Positions 12,357 to 24,191 of a stretch of 64,000 bases of DNA are shown here, piece by piece. The stretch is from Azolla caroliniana. Taxonomy: Eukaryota > Plantae > Polypodiophyta. The position numbers and the translations under genes are program-made. The notes under the pieces were generated by a model. The model did no database searches and was not told the origin of the DNA. It saw only the letters and a list, made by a program, of their open reading frames with translations. The DNA lies in NCBI GenBank assembly GCA_043228905.1, contig JBHGNT010000018.1, forward strand, positions 7,812,001 through 7,876,000, in the 5' to 3' direction. The stretch's first letter is position 1. The number at the start of each line of letters is the position of its first letter.

Positions 12357-15278
12357 ATGGCACTGTCGGAAGAGGCACGCCAATCGATGATGGAGAACGG
12401 GTTAGAAGGATTGCTGCGGATCGCCGACGCTCCACCACACGCAGAACCAGAGCAGGTAGCAGCACCGATTGATTTATCAGAAATCACGGAAGGAGCGGTG
12501 TAGGCGCTCACAGGGATAAAAGCAGGAGGACTTCAAACGATCGAAAACCCTTCAAGTCAAATCCTGTTCGAATATTTCGGTGAGTATTCCATCAGCAGCA
12601 AGGCGTACCGAACACAGGGCGGAGAGAACCTGCTGTTCGGAGAAGTGGCCCGTGCCATGATGGAATACGGATTCGTGAATCCTCGTCCCCCGGCCATAGC
12701 CAGGTACCGGGCAGCATTCCTAATTGCAACGTACGAAGGATTACAAGTGGACTGGCTCCATTTCATAACCGAAGGATTGAAGGAGGCCATCAAGAACCTT
12801 ATGGAAGGAAAAAAGCCATGGGCCGGGATAGCACAATGGCTAACGGTGTTAGTCCCACCGGTGCTCCCCATCAAACAAAATTAAAGAGTTCGGCAGGAGA
12901 CGACGCCGAAAAAGGTCACAAAGCGCCGACATATCCTGGAGAAACACACCCCCGGATGGACCCAGGAAGAAGCAGAACAGCGGGAGGAAGGACCATCCCG
13001 ACAGCAACAGGAACCGGCAACAAAGGCAAAACCAGCAGGAAAAGGCAAAGGAAAACCGACCGAGGAGGAACCGGTAGCGCTCAAACCAATCAATATAACG
13101 CTGCGACGGCCAGAACCGGAACTAGAGGTCTTTATACAAAAGGTCCGTCTCGTAGCCGCACCGGAGGAGGAAGCTGAAGCTGAAGACTCATCTGAACCAC
13201 TGGTAAGACTCCCAACAAGACAAAGTCGGGAGAGACGAGCGAGAGGACCGGCTCCACCAGTTGACAAAACTCAGCAGAGGGCGCAAGGACCACCTCCAGT
13301 AGCCGGGGCGGAAGCAGTACCGGAAACCGTACCGAGGGAAGCAGTACCGACACCGGTTTTGCCGGACTTCAGAGAACCGGTCAATCCAGAGAAGAGGAAT
13401 GAACAAGCGCCGGAGCCAGAGAAAAGGCCAGAACAACAGCCTGAGTTAAGGAGTAGAAGTGAGCAATGCTACTCCGACACAGGAAGCACAAAGCCACAAT
13501 GGCTGAGATGGCTTTTGGAGCAGGTATCGGGAATAACAGACCAGTTAGAGGAAGAAGAAACGTGTAGGCAACACCTGACGCATACAACAACCCAGGAGTT
13601 GGTTGCGCTCCGAACACAGATCCAGGCATTGCAAGGGGAGCTGTTGCAGGCGAGGGAAGGAATTCAACAAGCACAAGTTGTCACCGAGCCGGTCGGGACA
13701 ACAAGGAAGCAACCAGAACCGGAACCGGAACCGGTAGCCTTGCAAATCGGCCCTGAGACCGAGAAAATAATAGAAACCTTGCGAGAGGAGTTAAAAGCTC
13801 AGGAGGCATTAAGGGAAAAAGAAAGGGAGCAGCGGAAAGCGGTGGAGGACGATAGACGAAAAATGGAAGAAGGCCTCCGGAAAGGCCGAGCCACTAATGA
13901 CCGACTGCAAGAAGAAAAAGAGAAGCTGCAAAAGGAGAAGGACCGACTGCGTCAACAGGCTGAGCAGGAGATAGAACGACTGCAGGAAGAACTCCGACAA
14001 CAGAAGGACCGGGACGACCGGTTAAGAGCTCAGGTAAGCCGACGCCTGAAGCAGAAGACGGAGGACTTCGACTGACTCTACCGAGATGACAAGCAGGCCG
14101 AGTCGGACAACAAGAAACGGGCAACAGACTACGACCGGCAAATAGAGAAGCTGAAAGAATAGCTCAAAGAGACCCGATTAGACCTGGCTAAGACAATGGA
14201 CGAGGTCAGTGCCAAAAAGGAAGCATTGTCGGAGGAAATAACCCAAGCGACGGAGAGAAGGAAGGAATTAGAGGCGCTAAGGCGGGAAAAACTGGATCTG
14301 ACCAAGATCAGGAATGAAGAAAAGGAAAGATCAACCTTCACGATCAACAAACTGCAAAGTGCCTATGAAAAGCAGAAAGCGGATTACGAGGCCCAGGCTC
14401 AGATAATGGCCGACATTATAAAACGGGCAAGGAAGGAAAAGCAAGAAGCTTATGCGCATGCTAAGGTGGGGGTTGACCGGATCAAGCTCATCATGTCATG
14501 TTGGAGTACCCGAGCTCAGGCAAGCATCAACGAAAGTACAGAAAAGCTATGGAAGGAGTGGTCACAATAGGCAGCCGAGCTGCAGACACTCCGAGCTGAT
14601 GCCGAGAATCGGAGGAAGACCGGTGACAAGTTCTACAAGATGGATGAAGAAAGTATCGTCGCCATTCAGGAAGAATTGTCGGAGGATTTCTACGCTTTAG
14701 CGGAAGAACATCTCAAAGAAATCCGAGGGTTGGTAGAGAGGTTGGATGATGGGCAGCTCGCAACTCAGTTGGAGTTGGAGAAATACGAGCAGGACCGGTT
14801 ACGACAGGAAGCCAAGGGAAGAACGACGCCAATCACTATAAGTGAGGGAGAGCGACCGGCTGAAGCTGAACCAATTGACACCGAACAACCCCGACAAGGA
14901 ATACCCGAAGAAGAACTTCCGTTCCAAGAAAATCAAGAAGAGCAGATGCAAACCGATGCCGGGGAAGACAAAGAGCTGACACCGGAAAACACCGGAGCAG
15001 AGGAAGAAGGCGCACCGAACCGACTAGTCGAGACCGGAGAAAGCGACACTGGTAACAAAACAGAGCCTGGAACGGAGGAAGCACAGGAAGAACCCGGACG
15101 GAGTGGTGAGGAAGCACCGGCACCACAGAATCAAGCAGAGCCGGAGCAGCAAATTTTTACGGAACAGCCAAACCAACCGGAGGTCGGAGACCAGGCAGGC
15201 AAGGAACAGGAATTGGAGGAAGAAGCTCCACTTGACACCTTCGAGCGGAGTGTGCTCGATATTTTGGAGGAAGAATGA
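12357..15278 (+). pseudogene. Gypsy D extra ORF (~973 codons): globular N-terminal domain, low-complexity linker, long coiled coil, acidic tail
   Basis: ATG 12357 and ORFs 12645, 13359, 14196 and 14640 share one frame with about five in-frame stops; homologous to the Gypsy B extra ORF. Confidence 0.85.
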
Positions 15279-15328
15279 GGCCGGGAGTGGATTCGAAGTG
15301 CAAGGCACTTTCCCACGGGCGTGCCATG
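15279..15328 (+). other. tRNA-Arg(UCU) 3'-end-like motif at the PPT position of Gypsy D
   Basis: GGCCGGGAGTGGATTCGAAGTGCAAGGCACTTTCCCACGGGCGTGCCA-TG followed by LTR TGTTG; no purine run next to the LTR. Confidence 0.75.
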
Positions 15329-15721
15329 TGTTGACCGGTCAGAAGACAAGCACAAGTGGGAAGGCGGAGTCGGATCGGATAATAGGAAGTAAATAATAGT
15401 ATAATTATTATTCGGAGGGACGGATCCGATACAGTTGTACCGATCCGGATCTGGACCGATTCGGATGCCGGTTACCTAAGCGCACCGATTGTAACCTTGT
15501 CGGATGCCTATAAAAGGATCCGATGATTTGTAAATGCTTGACGGAAGTAATACAAATATAATTATTGCGTGTTTATCTTTATCTTTGTATTGTTTTACCG
15601 TCTCTGCTTAGTGTAATCATCTTACGCGTGTAACCTAGCATCCAATCCTTACCACCCCTTTGGAGAAGTGTCGGATAGACACCTGTGTTGAGGCTAGTCC
15701 GGCCAGGCAGACAACATCCTA

Positions 15722-18716
15722 TTTGGCAGTGAATGGGTTATGTGGCGTAGAGTCCAGGTAAGGTTTAAGGCGAAACCCATTCACCTTTTGCCATACTACT
15801 TCCCCGGCTAGCGTACCTAGTTGGAACGTGCCTTGTTCCGCTCCAATTATCCAGTATGGGCCGGTCTAGCGGAATCGTAACTTCCCTGCCATATGGCCCA
15901 TGCAGGTTTGGAAAACCAACACCGCTCAACCAACGACGAACTCCTTTTCCCTTGCGTTCCGATGTCGATGCGCAAACGCTTTACGCCGTTGATGTTGCTG
16001 CTCTAACACAACCATGTTGTATATGCGTTGTTCCCCATGTTCGAGTAGCTGGTGGAGCCGTACCTCCTCTGACTTGGCTTCCGAATGTCGGTCCTGTACT
16101 TGAATCCGCAAACTGGGTATCTGAAAATCAATCGGCATCACAGCCTCTAGCCCAAACGCTAGTCAAAACGGTGTGGACTGTATGCTTGTTTTGTAGCTGG
16201 TTTTGTACACCCATAACGCACTCTGTAATTTGGTATCCCAGTCCGTTCTATTTTCATTGACGATTTTCTTCAAGATGGTCTGCAACATCTTGTTGGTGGA
16301 TTCCGCTAACCCATTCGTCTGTGGATAATATGACGTACTCTTCTTGTGGACTACTGCGTAATGATGTGTTAGTTCCCGAACCACCGTATTGAGAAAGTGA
16401 CTCCCCCAGTCACTGATGAGCTCAATCGGACAGCCGAACCGGCACCAAATGTGCTCGTAAAGGAATATCGTTGTGACGGCCGCCATATTTTCTCGTAGTG
16501 CCTTTGTTTCTACCCACTTGGTGCAATAATCCGTAGCTACCAATATGTATTTATTGCCCGTACGGGCTGCTGCCGGTGTGAAGGGGCCCACAAAATCCAA
16601 TCCCCACTTTTGGAAGGGGTCTAATGGTAATACGAGCTGGTGTGGCATCCTTGCGCCCTCTGTGGGTTGGCCCATCCATTGACACAAATCACACTTTCTA
16701 CAATACTCATATGTGTCCTTCTGCGTCGTTGGCCAACATAAGCCCCCCTGCCATATTTTCTGGGCTGTAACGTCACCCGTGTAATGGCCGCCTGCCGTGC
16801 CACAGTGTGCCTCCTGTAAAACTGCTTCTTTCTCATCCTGATGTACCCCACGTCACCAAATGTCGTCACTTCCTTTGTGATATAAAACTCCTTCTACGAG
16901 GCAGAAGTTACGGCTTCGGACGGCTAGTCGTTTCTTCTCGTCCGTGCGTAATTGTAGTGGAGGCAGTCCCGTAGTCAAAAAGTCGATTCCGTTCTATCTG
17001 CTAGTGCTGCAACCCGCAGAATGTCGGCGTCTGGAAAATCGTCGTCATCTTTCTGTACTGTTTCTCCATTCTTGAGTTTGCTCAAAAAATTTGCCACTAT
17101 TTGTTGCGTCCCTGGTCGGTGCTGGATTACGAAATCGAATTCTTGGAGCAACAGCATCCATCATGCCAATTTCCCCGTCAGGGCTTGTTTCTCCACCAAA
17201 TACAACAACGCGAAATGATCCACGTGGAACGTGAACTTCCTTCCTAGTAAATAGTGCCGGAATGTATTGATGCTATAGATCATCCCTAGCGCCTCCCGCT
17301 CCGTTGTGGAATAATTACGCTCTGCTGTTGACAATTTGCGACTGGTGTAGTACACTGGCCGGTACCAGTTTGGTTCGGTGAGCTGCATTAGCGCACTCCC
17401 TATTGCTATGTCTAAGGCGTCGACGAACACGTGGAATGGCTTCTCCCAAACTGGTGGTTGTATGACAGGGGCCTGTGTGGCATTATCTTATGTGCTTCAT
17501 AGGTCTTGTCCTCCGTTGTGGTCCATTGGAAGGGAGTCACATGTACGGCAGCATGTAACGGCGAGGCGAAGTCCGCCAAATATCGTATCATCCGACAATG
17601 CTACCGTATTTGTCCTAAAAACTAGCCAAGTGATTTCGCGTTTGTCGGAGTTTTGGCTTGCGTAATCGCAGAGATCTTGTTCAGATAGACCGTTATTCCC
17701 TCCTTGCTGACTATGTGGCCTAGGAGAGTCCCGTTGGTCACGCCGAAAGCACATTTCGCGGGATTCAAGCATAAGCGTGTGGTGCAACAACGTTCCAGGT
17801 ACAGTTCCAGGTGCGTAAAATGGTCTATTGTTCTCCCATATACCACATGAACACCGGAATGTATTCCCAAATATCTCCGTAATTGTCCATTGAAATGTTG
17901 CCGAAGTCGTCTTTAGCCTGAACATCATGACGACTGCCACATAGACTCCCCAATCCGTGACAAATGTCGTCTTTTCCTGGTCCTCGGGATGCATACGTAC
18001 CTGGTTAAACCCACTGAAGCCATCTAAAAAACTATACATCTCATGTCCTGCGACGGCGTCCAATACGCTATCGGTGAAGGGTAAAGGGAATGCGTCTGTA
18101 ATGGTTACGACGTTTAATTTTCGGTAATCCATGCATACCCGTATTTTGCCATTTTTCTTTGGAACGACCACTATCGGGCTTAACTATGTGGCTTGTTTAA
18201 CTAGCCGTATGAACCCCGCCTTCAGGAGTTTGTCAATTTCGTCTTTTACGCGGGTCGCGTAGTTCGGGTTCATTTGGTAGCGGTGCTGCTGGACGGGTTT
18301 TGCGTCGGTTGCTAAATTGATCTTATGCTGATAGAACTTGGGATCTAACCCCTTCATGTCCTCATGAGCCCAAGCGAACACATCTTTATATTTCTTGAGT
18401 AGTGCGATCATCATGTTTCTCTGGTTTGGCCTTAATTCCTTTGCGATAGAGAGAAAACGGGGTTCCGACTCCGTACCCACATTTACTTCTTCCAGGGCGG
18501 AAGCGATGACTCGTCGTGAAATTTCCATTTCCCTTTCGAATGCCGCCCGTGCTCTGCAGAGTTCCAATATGGACTCCGGGTTTGGTTCGTAAGCCTCCTC
18601 GTGGAGAATAGTGGTTGTGCCATATTCTGTCGCGGTTGCGATGACATCGATTTCGAACAACGGAATGATCCGTGGGTGCTGATCTAGGTATGCCTCTAAT
18701 TCTGCATCCTCCACCC
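15722..18716 (-). pseudogene. Gypsy B copy 1 pol (RT, RNase H, integrase), with frameshifts and deletions
   Basis: Fragments VVPKKNGKIRVCMDYRKLN, YRPVYYTSRKLS and [11 protein letters not shown]. Confidence 0.9.
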
Positions 18717-18774
18717 TGTTGGGAGACAGGTCCCTCCGAATGGGAAGGGAGAAGAACAGTGTTGATGAACAAAC

Positions 18775-19150
18775 TCGGCTACGGAGAGCCGGATGACGCA
18801 GACCCGGTGAGAACCGGATGAGGAGTACCCGGCTACGGAGAACCGGATGGTGCAGACCCGGTGAAGACCGAATGAGGAGTACCCGGCTACAGAGAGCCGG
18901 ATGGCGCAGACCCGGTGAGAACCGGATGAGAAGTGCCCGGCTAATCAGAGCCGGATGACGCAGACCCGGTGAGAACCGGATGAGGAGTACCCGGCTACGG
19001 AGAGCCGGATGGTGCAGACCCGGTGAGATCCGGATGAGGAGTACCCGGCTACGGAGAGCCGGATGGTGCAGACCCGGTGAGATCCGGATGAGGAGTACCC
19101 GGCTACGGAGAGTCGGATGGTGTAGACCCGGTGAGAACCGGATGAAGAGA
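18775..19150 (+). repeat. 54-bp tandem repeat (~7 copies) in the Copia G 5' LTR
   Basis: Unit ACGGAGAGCCGGATGGTGCAGACCCGGTGAGAACCGGATGAGGAGTACCCGGCT recurs at 18781, 18835, 18889, 18943 and onward. Confidence 0.95.
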
Positions 19151-19608
19151 CATATTCGTAAATATGTTTTTGAGAGTCCATCGAGCCTATATTTGTAAAT
19201 AGCCGAAAAGTCATATTAGTATAAATATGACTTAGGGCAAACTTTTAGTTGTGGTTTTCATTCCTGTTTTGCACGAGATTAGAGCGTGTAATAGTGTACA
19301 GAGAAAGAGAGAGAGAGAAAGAGGTCGATGCCTCTGTCGTAACCGCCACCTGTGGCGAAGATCGTGAGCACGAGGTCGTTGCCTCCGTGAACTCACTATT
19401 TGTACATTCCAACATAGTGATAGTTTGTAGCTTGTGGGCTGCCGTGGTTTTTCCCTTAGTTTGGGTTTTCCACGTAAACATCCTGTGTACCTTTTGTCTC
19501 CTTTGTGTCGTGAATTTACTTCCCGTTTTTCTTGGTTGTGGCCGAGCGTTGCGTATAGAGAGTGTTCAGTTCTCGTCAAGTGGTATCAGAGTGAAACAAC
19601 ACAGAAAT

Positions 19609-22600
19609 ATGGACGAATAGTTTGGCGGCATGTTCAAGCTCATCGGCTCCGACTATTCGGTATGGAAGTCGAAGATGAGGGACATGCTCGTGGTTAAAGA
19701 CCTCTGGCTGCCGGTTCAGTTCGGGGACAAGAGATCGGACAAAATCGACACCGCGATATGGGAGGTGATGCACATGAAGACAACGGCGTACATACGGTGC
19801 TTCATCGACATGAGCCTGTACAACAACTTCAATGAAGAGAGCAAGGCTCATGAGCTCTGGGAGAACATCGGCATAATGTTTCAGAACAAAAATGTTGTTA
19901 ATCAGGTTTCGGTATTCCGGAAGCTAGTAAGACTCCGGTACCAAGATGGCTCCAGCATGGCGGAGCACATGAATGCCTTCCAGGGGCTGATCCACCAGGC
20001 AACTTCATTGGAAGTACCTCTCGCCGATGAGGTACTAGAGCTACTCCTGCTCGGTTCCCTCCCGGATAGTTGGGAGACGTTCGTTGTCACTTTGGGCAAC
20101 GCCGAGCTGGAAGGAAAGCGGTTATCCCTAGTAAGAGTAAAGTCGAGCTTGCTAGATGAGGAGGCGCGTCGGAAAGATAAAGATACGAGCTCCGACTCAA
20201 AAGCGCTCCTTACCGAATCGGAACGCGGAAGATATAGAAACCGTAGTCCCCAGAACCGGGAGAAGTCGGGGACACGGTCAAGGTCAAGGGGGAGGCCCAC
20301 TTGCTTTTATTGCGGCAAGCCGGGACACTTCCAAAAGAACTGTCGGCATTTCCGAAAAGATAAGGAGACCGACGGTACCGATTCGAAGCGTACCCCAAAC
20401 CGGAACGGTAAAGACCGGAGGGGGCCGGACCGGAAGGGAACGACGGCAATCGTGGCAAGTGAAGAGGAGTTGATGCTCATCACCGAGGAGAGTGAGATAA
20501 ACCTTGTCGGCGACGAGATGACCTGGGTGGTACACTCCGGAGCGTCGTTCCACCTTACCCTGGACCGGAAATGCTTCTCATCCTACACAGCCGGTGATCA
20601 CGGCTGTGTCCGGATGGGGAATGAAGGTACATGCCGAATTGTCGACATAGGAGACGTGTGGCTGTCACCACCAACCGGATGCAAGTTGCTGTTGAGGGAT
20701 GTCCGACACGTTCCGGAGGTTCTACTGAACGTGATATCAGCCGGTCGGCTAGATGATGAGGGCTACACGGGTAGCATCCGGAACGGTGTCATGAGGTTCA
20801 GCAAAGGCAGCCTGATTGTGGCTAGGGCCCGGAAGCTGAACATACTGTACTTGATGAGTGCCCGGTTATGCCCGGAAGAAGTGAACGTGCCTTCCGACAC
20901 TGCCGTTGAGCTGTGGCACAAGAGGCTGTGTCATATGAGCGAGGAGGGGATGAAGAGGCTTGTAGACGACAACCTCATTCCAGTGAAGAACGTGCACTTA
21001 GATAAGTGCACTGATTGTCTGGTCGGTAAGTAGAACCGGACCTCCTTCCGACCAAGGCCACCGATGAGACGTAATGCACCATTGGAGTTGGTGCATACGG
21101 ATGTGTGTCAAGTAGACACGAAGTCACATGCCGGAGCGCAATACTTCGTGACGTTCATAGATGACCACAGCCGGAAGCTGTGGGCCACACCATTGAAGAC
21201 GAAGGATCAAGTGTTATCCGTCTTTAGAGAGCTCCACGCGAGAGTGGAAAGAGAAACCGGCTAGAAGCTGAAGGCCGTTCGAGCAGATAACGGAGGAGAA
21301 TACCGGGGGCAGTTCGAGGAGTACAGCCACTCGAAGGGATTTCGGCTCGAATTTACCGTGCCGAAGACGCTGGAACTAAACGGACTGGCCGAGAGGATGA
21401 ACCAGACCATAATGGAGAGGGTCCGTAGTATGCTAGCGCATGCAAAACTACCCAAGAAGTTTTGGGCTGAGGCATTGTCGACGGCGACATACGTGATAAA
21501 TAGATCACCCTCAATACCCTTGGACGGAGACATGCCACAGAGAGTGTGGACCGGTAAGGAAGTATCCTACCGGCATCTGAAGGTGTTCGGGTGTCTCGCG
21601 TACGTGCATGTAGCTAAGGACTGGAGAGGAAAGTTAGATCCAAAGACCCGGCCATGCATATTCCTCAGTTACGGTGACGATGAGTTCGGTTACCGAGTGT
21701 GGGACCTGGTCGACAAGAAGGTATTCCGGAGTCGAGATATTATCTTCATGGAGGACAAGACGCTTGCCGACTGGGAGTCGGAAAACAAGATAATGAACTC
21801 TGAGTCAACCGGTAAGGATCGACACTACGATGAGCAGACCCAACCGGCAAAAGACCGGTTAGCACTCGAGGGACCAGCCGGTTACGGTGAGGATACTGAA
21901 CAAGCTGAAGAAGAAGTAGAGGAAGCTGAAACCGGAACCGGCCAAGACCCCGAATCGGATTTGGATGAAGAGCAGATGGATGAGCCGGTCACCGAAGCCC
22001 AGAGACGGAGATATCCTCTCAGAGAGAGAAGGGCCCCCCGGAGATTTTCGGATGCACAGCATGTTCTGCTGACCGATGAGGGGGAGCCGGAAAGCTTCGA
22101 AGAAGCGAAGGAAGACACCCACAGCCAAAAATGGTTAAGTGCCATGCAGGATGAGACGGATTCCCTGCATGAGAACCGTACGTACGAATTGATGGAGTTG
22201 TCGAAAGGAAAGCGGGCACTCCGAAACAAGTGGGTGTACAAGTTGAAACCGGGAGATGCCGGCAACCCCCCGAGATACAAAGCTAGGATCGTGGTGAAGG
22301 GGTTCCAGCAGAAGAAGGGCGTGGACTTCGACGAGATATTTGCCCCGGTAGTAAAGATGACCTCCATCTGGACGGTGCTGAGTATGGCGGCAAGCATGGA
22401 CTTCGAGGTAGAGCAGCTAGACGTGAAGACGACATTCCTTCACGGTGACCTCGAAGAGGAGATCTACATGCAGCAACCAGAAGGATTCGTGGAGAAAGGG
22501 AAGGAGCAGTTGGTTTGCCGGTTTAAGAAGAGCCTCTACGGGTTGAAGCAGGCCCCCCGGCAATGGTACCGGAAGTTCGACTCCTTCATGACCGATCAAG

Positions 22601-23655
22601 GGTACCACAAGACGCAGGCTGATCACTGCGTGTTTGTGAAGAAGTTTGAAGGAGGTGACTTCTTGATACTCCTTCTGTACGTGGATGACATGTTGATCGT
22701 CGGACGTGACCAAGTCAAAATACGGATGCTGAAGAAGGCTCTCAACCGGACCTTCTCAATGAAAGACTTGGGTCCGGCAAGACAGATGTTGGGGATGCAC
22801 ATCATTCGGGACCGATCAACGAAGCAATTATGGCTGTCACAGGAGAAGTACGTGACAAAGGTGCTTCAGCGGTTCAACATGTCAGATACGAAACCGGTCG
22901 GATCGACACTTCCAGCAAATTGCAAGCTATCCGGTAAGAAAAGCCCGAAGACGAAAGCAGAGAAGGCGGATATGGTGAAAATTCCATATGCCTCTGCCGT
23001 CAGGAGCTTGATGTACGCAATGGTGTGTACCCGACCGGATATAGGATACGCAGTCGGAGTGGTGAGCCGGTTTATGAGCAATCCCGGCAAGGAGCACTGG
23101 AAGGAGGTCAAATGGATACTCCGATATTTGAAGGGCACTTCAAATATGTGTCTCCGATTTGGCTCCGGAAAACCTCAACTTGACGGTTTTACCGATTTGG
23201 ACATGTCGATTGATGTGGATACCAGCCGGTCTATATCCGGGTATGTAATGACATATGCAGGGGGAGTTGTTTCGTGGCAGTCAAGGCTATAGAAGACGAT
23301 TGCATTGTCAACCACGGAGGCGGAGTACATGGCAGTTGTGGAAGCCGGCAAGGAAATATTATGGATGAAGGACTTCATCGGAGAGCTCGGTATCCGGCAA
23401 GAGGAATACCGACTCTATTGCGACAGTCAAAGTGCCATCCACCTTGCTAAGAATGCGGCCTACCATTCCCGGACGAAGCATATCCAGCGGAGGTATCACT
23501 GGATCCGGGAAAGAGTAGATGACCAGGAGTTCGCACTGACGAAGATCCACACGGCCGAGAACGGGTCAGATATGCTGACCAAAGTGCTGACACCCGACAA
23601 GCTGGACGCATGCCGGAAGAGGATCGGACTTGTAAGACACCCCATGCCGGAGTGA
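19609..23655 (+). pseudogene. Copia G gag-pol with several nonsense codons
   Basis: ORFs 19630, 21064, 21358 and 23305 are in one frame and carry all Copia domains. Confidence 0.92.
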
Positions 23656-24191
23656 AGGGGGAGTTTGTTGGGAAACCGTATGAGGAGTACCCGGCTACGA
23701 AGATTCGGATGGTGCAGACCCGGTGAGAACCGGATGAAGAGACATATTCGTAAATATGTTTTTGAGAGTCCATCGAGCCTATATTTGTAAATAGCCGAAA
23801 AGTCATATTAGTATAAATATGACTTAGGGCAAACTTTTAGTTGTGGTTGTCATTCCTGTTTTGCACGAGATTAGAGCGTGTAATAGTGTACAGAGAAAGA
23901 GAGAGAGAGAAAGAGGTCGCTGCCTCTGTTTTAACCGCCGCCTGTGGCAAAGATCGTGAGCACGAGGTCGTTGCCTCTGTGAACTCACTGTTTGTACATT
24001 CCAACATAGTGATAGTTTGCAGCCTGTGGGCTGCCATGGTTTTTCCCTTAGTTTGGGTTTTCGACGTAAACATCCTGTGTACCTTTTCTCTCCTTTGTGT
24101 CGTGAATTTACTTCCCGTTTTTCTGTGTATGATCTAAGCTTGGTTGTGGCCGAGCGTTGCGTATAGAGAGTGTTCAGTTCTCGTCACACCC

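Larger units (their letters stand above)
5710..15716 (+). mobile_element. Gypsy D, full-length non-chromoviral Ty3/Gypsy element with an extra 3' ORF
   Basis: LTRs 5710-6082 and 15329-15716 (TGTTG...CAACA), TSD TCCTA at 5705-5709 and 15717-15721, gag-PR-RT-RH-INT order. Confidence 0.97.
18717..24186 (+). mobile_element. Copia G, full-length Tnt1/Tork-like element
   Basis: LTRs 18717-19578 and 23666-24186, TSD CACCC, PBS TGGTATCAGAG 19581-19591, PPT GAAGGGGGAG before 23666. Confidence 0.97.

Noticed and set aside
12357-15278. Extra ORF as a retroviral envelope or captured host myosin/SMC gene
   Set aside because: No signal peptide, transmembrane helix or ATPase motif; the coiled-coil resemblance is compositional.
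18775-19150. Regular repeats resembling a CRISPR array (also 35041-35274 and 59880-60120)
   Set aside because: Head-to-tail units without unique spacers, located in or at LTRs, and no cas genes.
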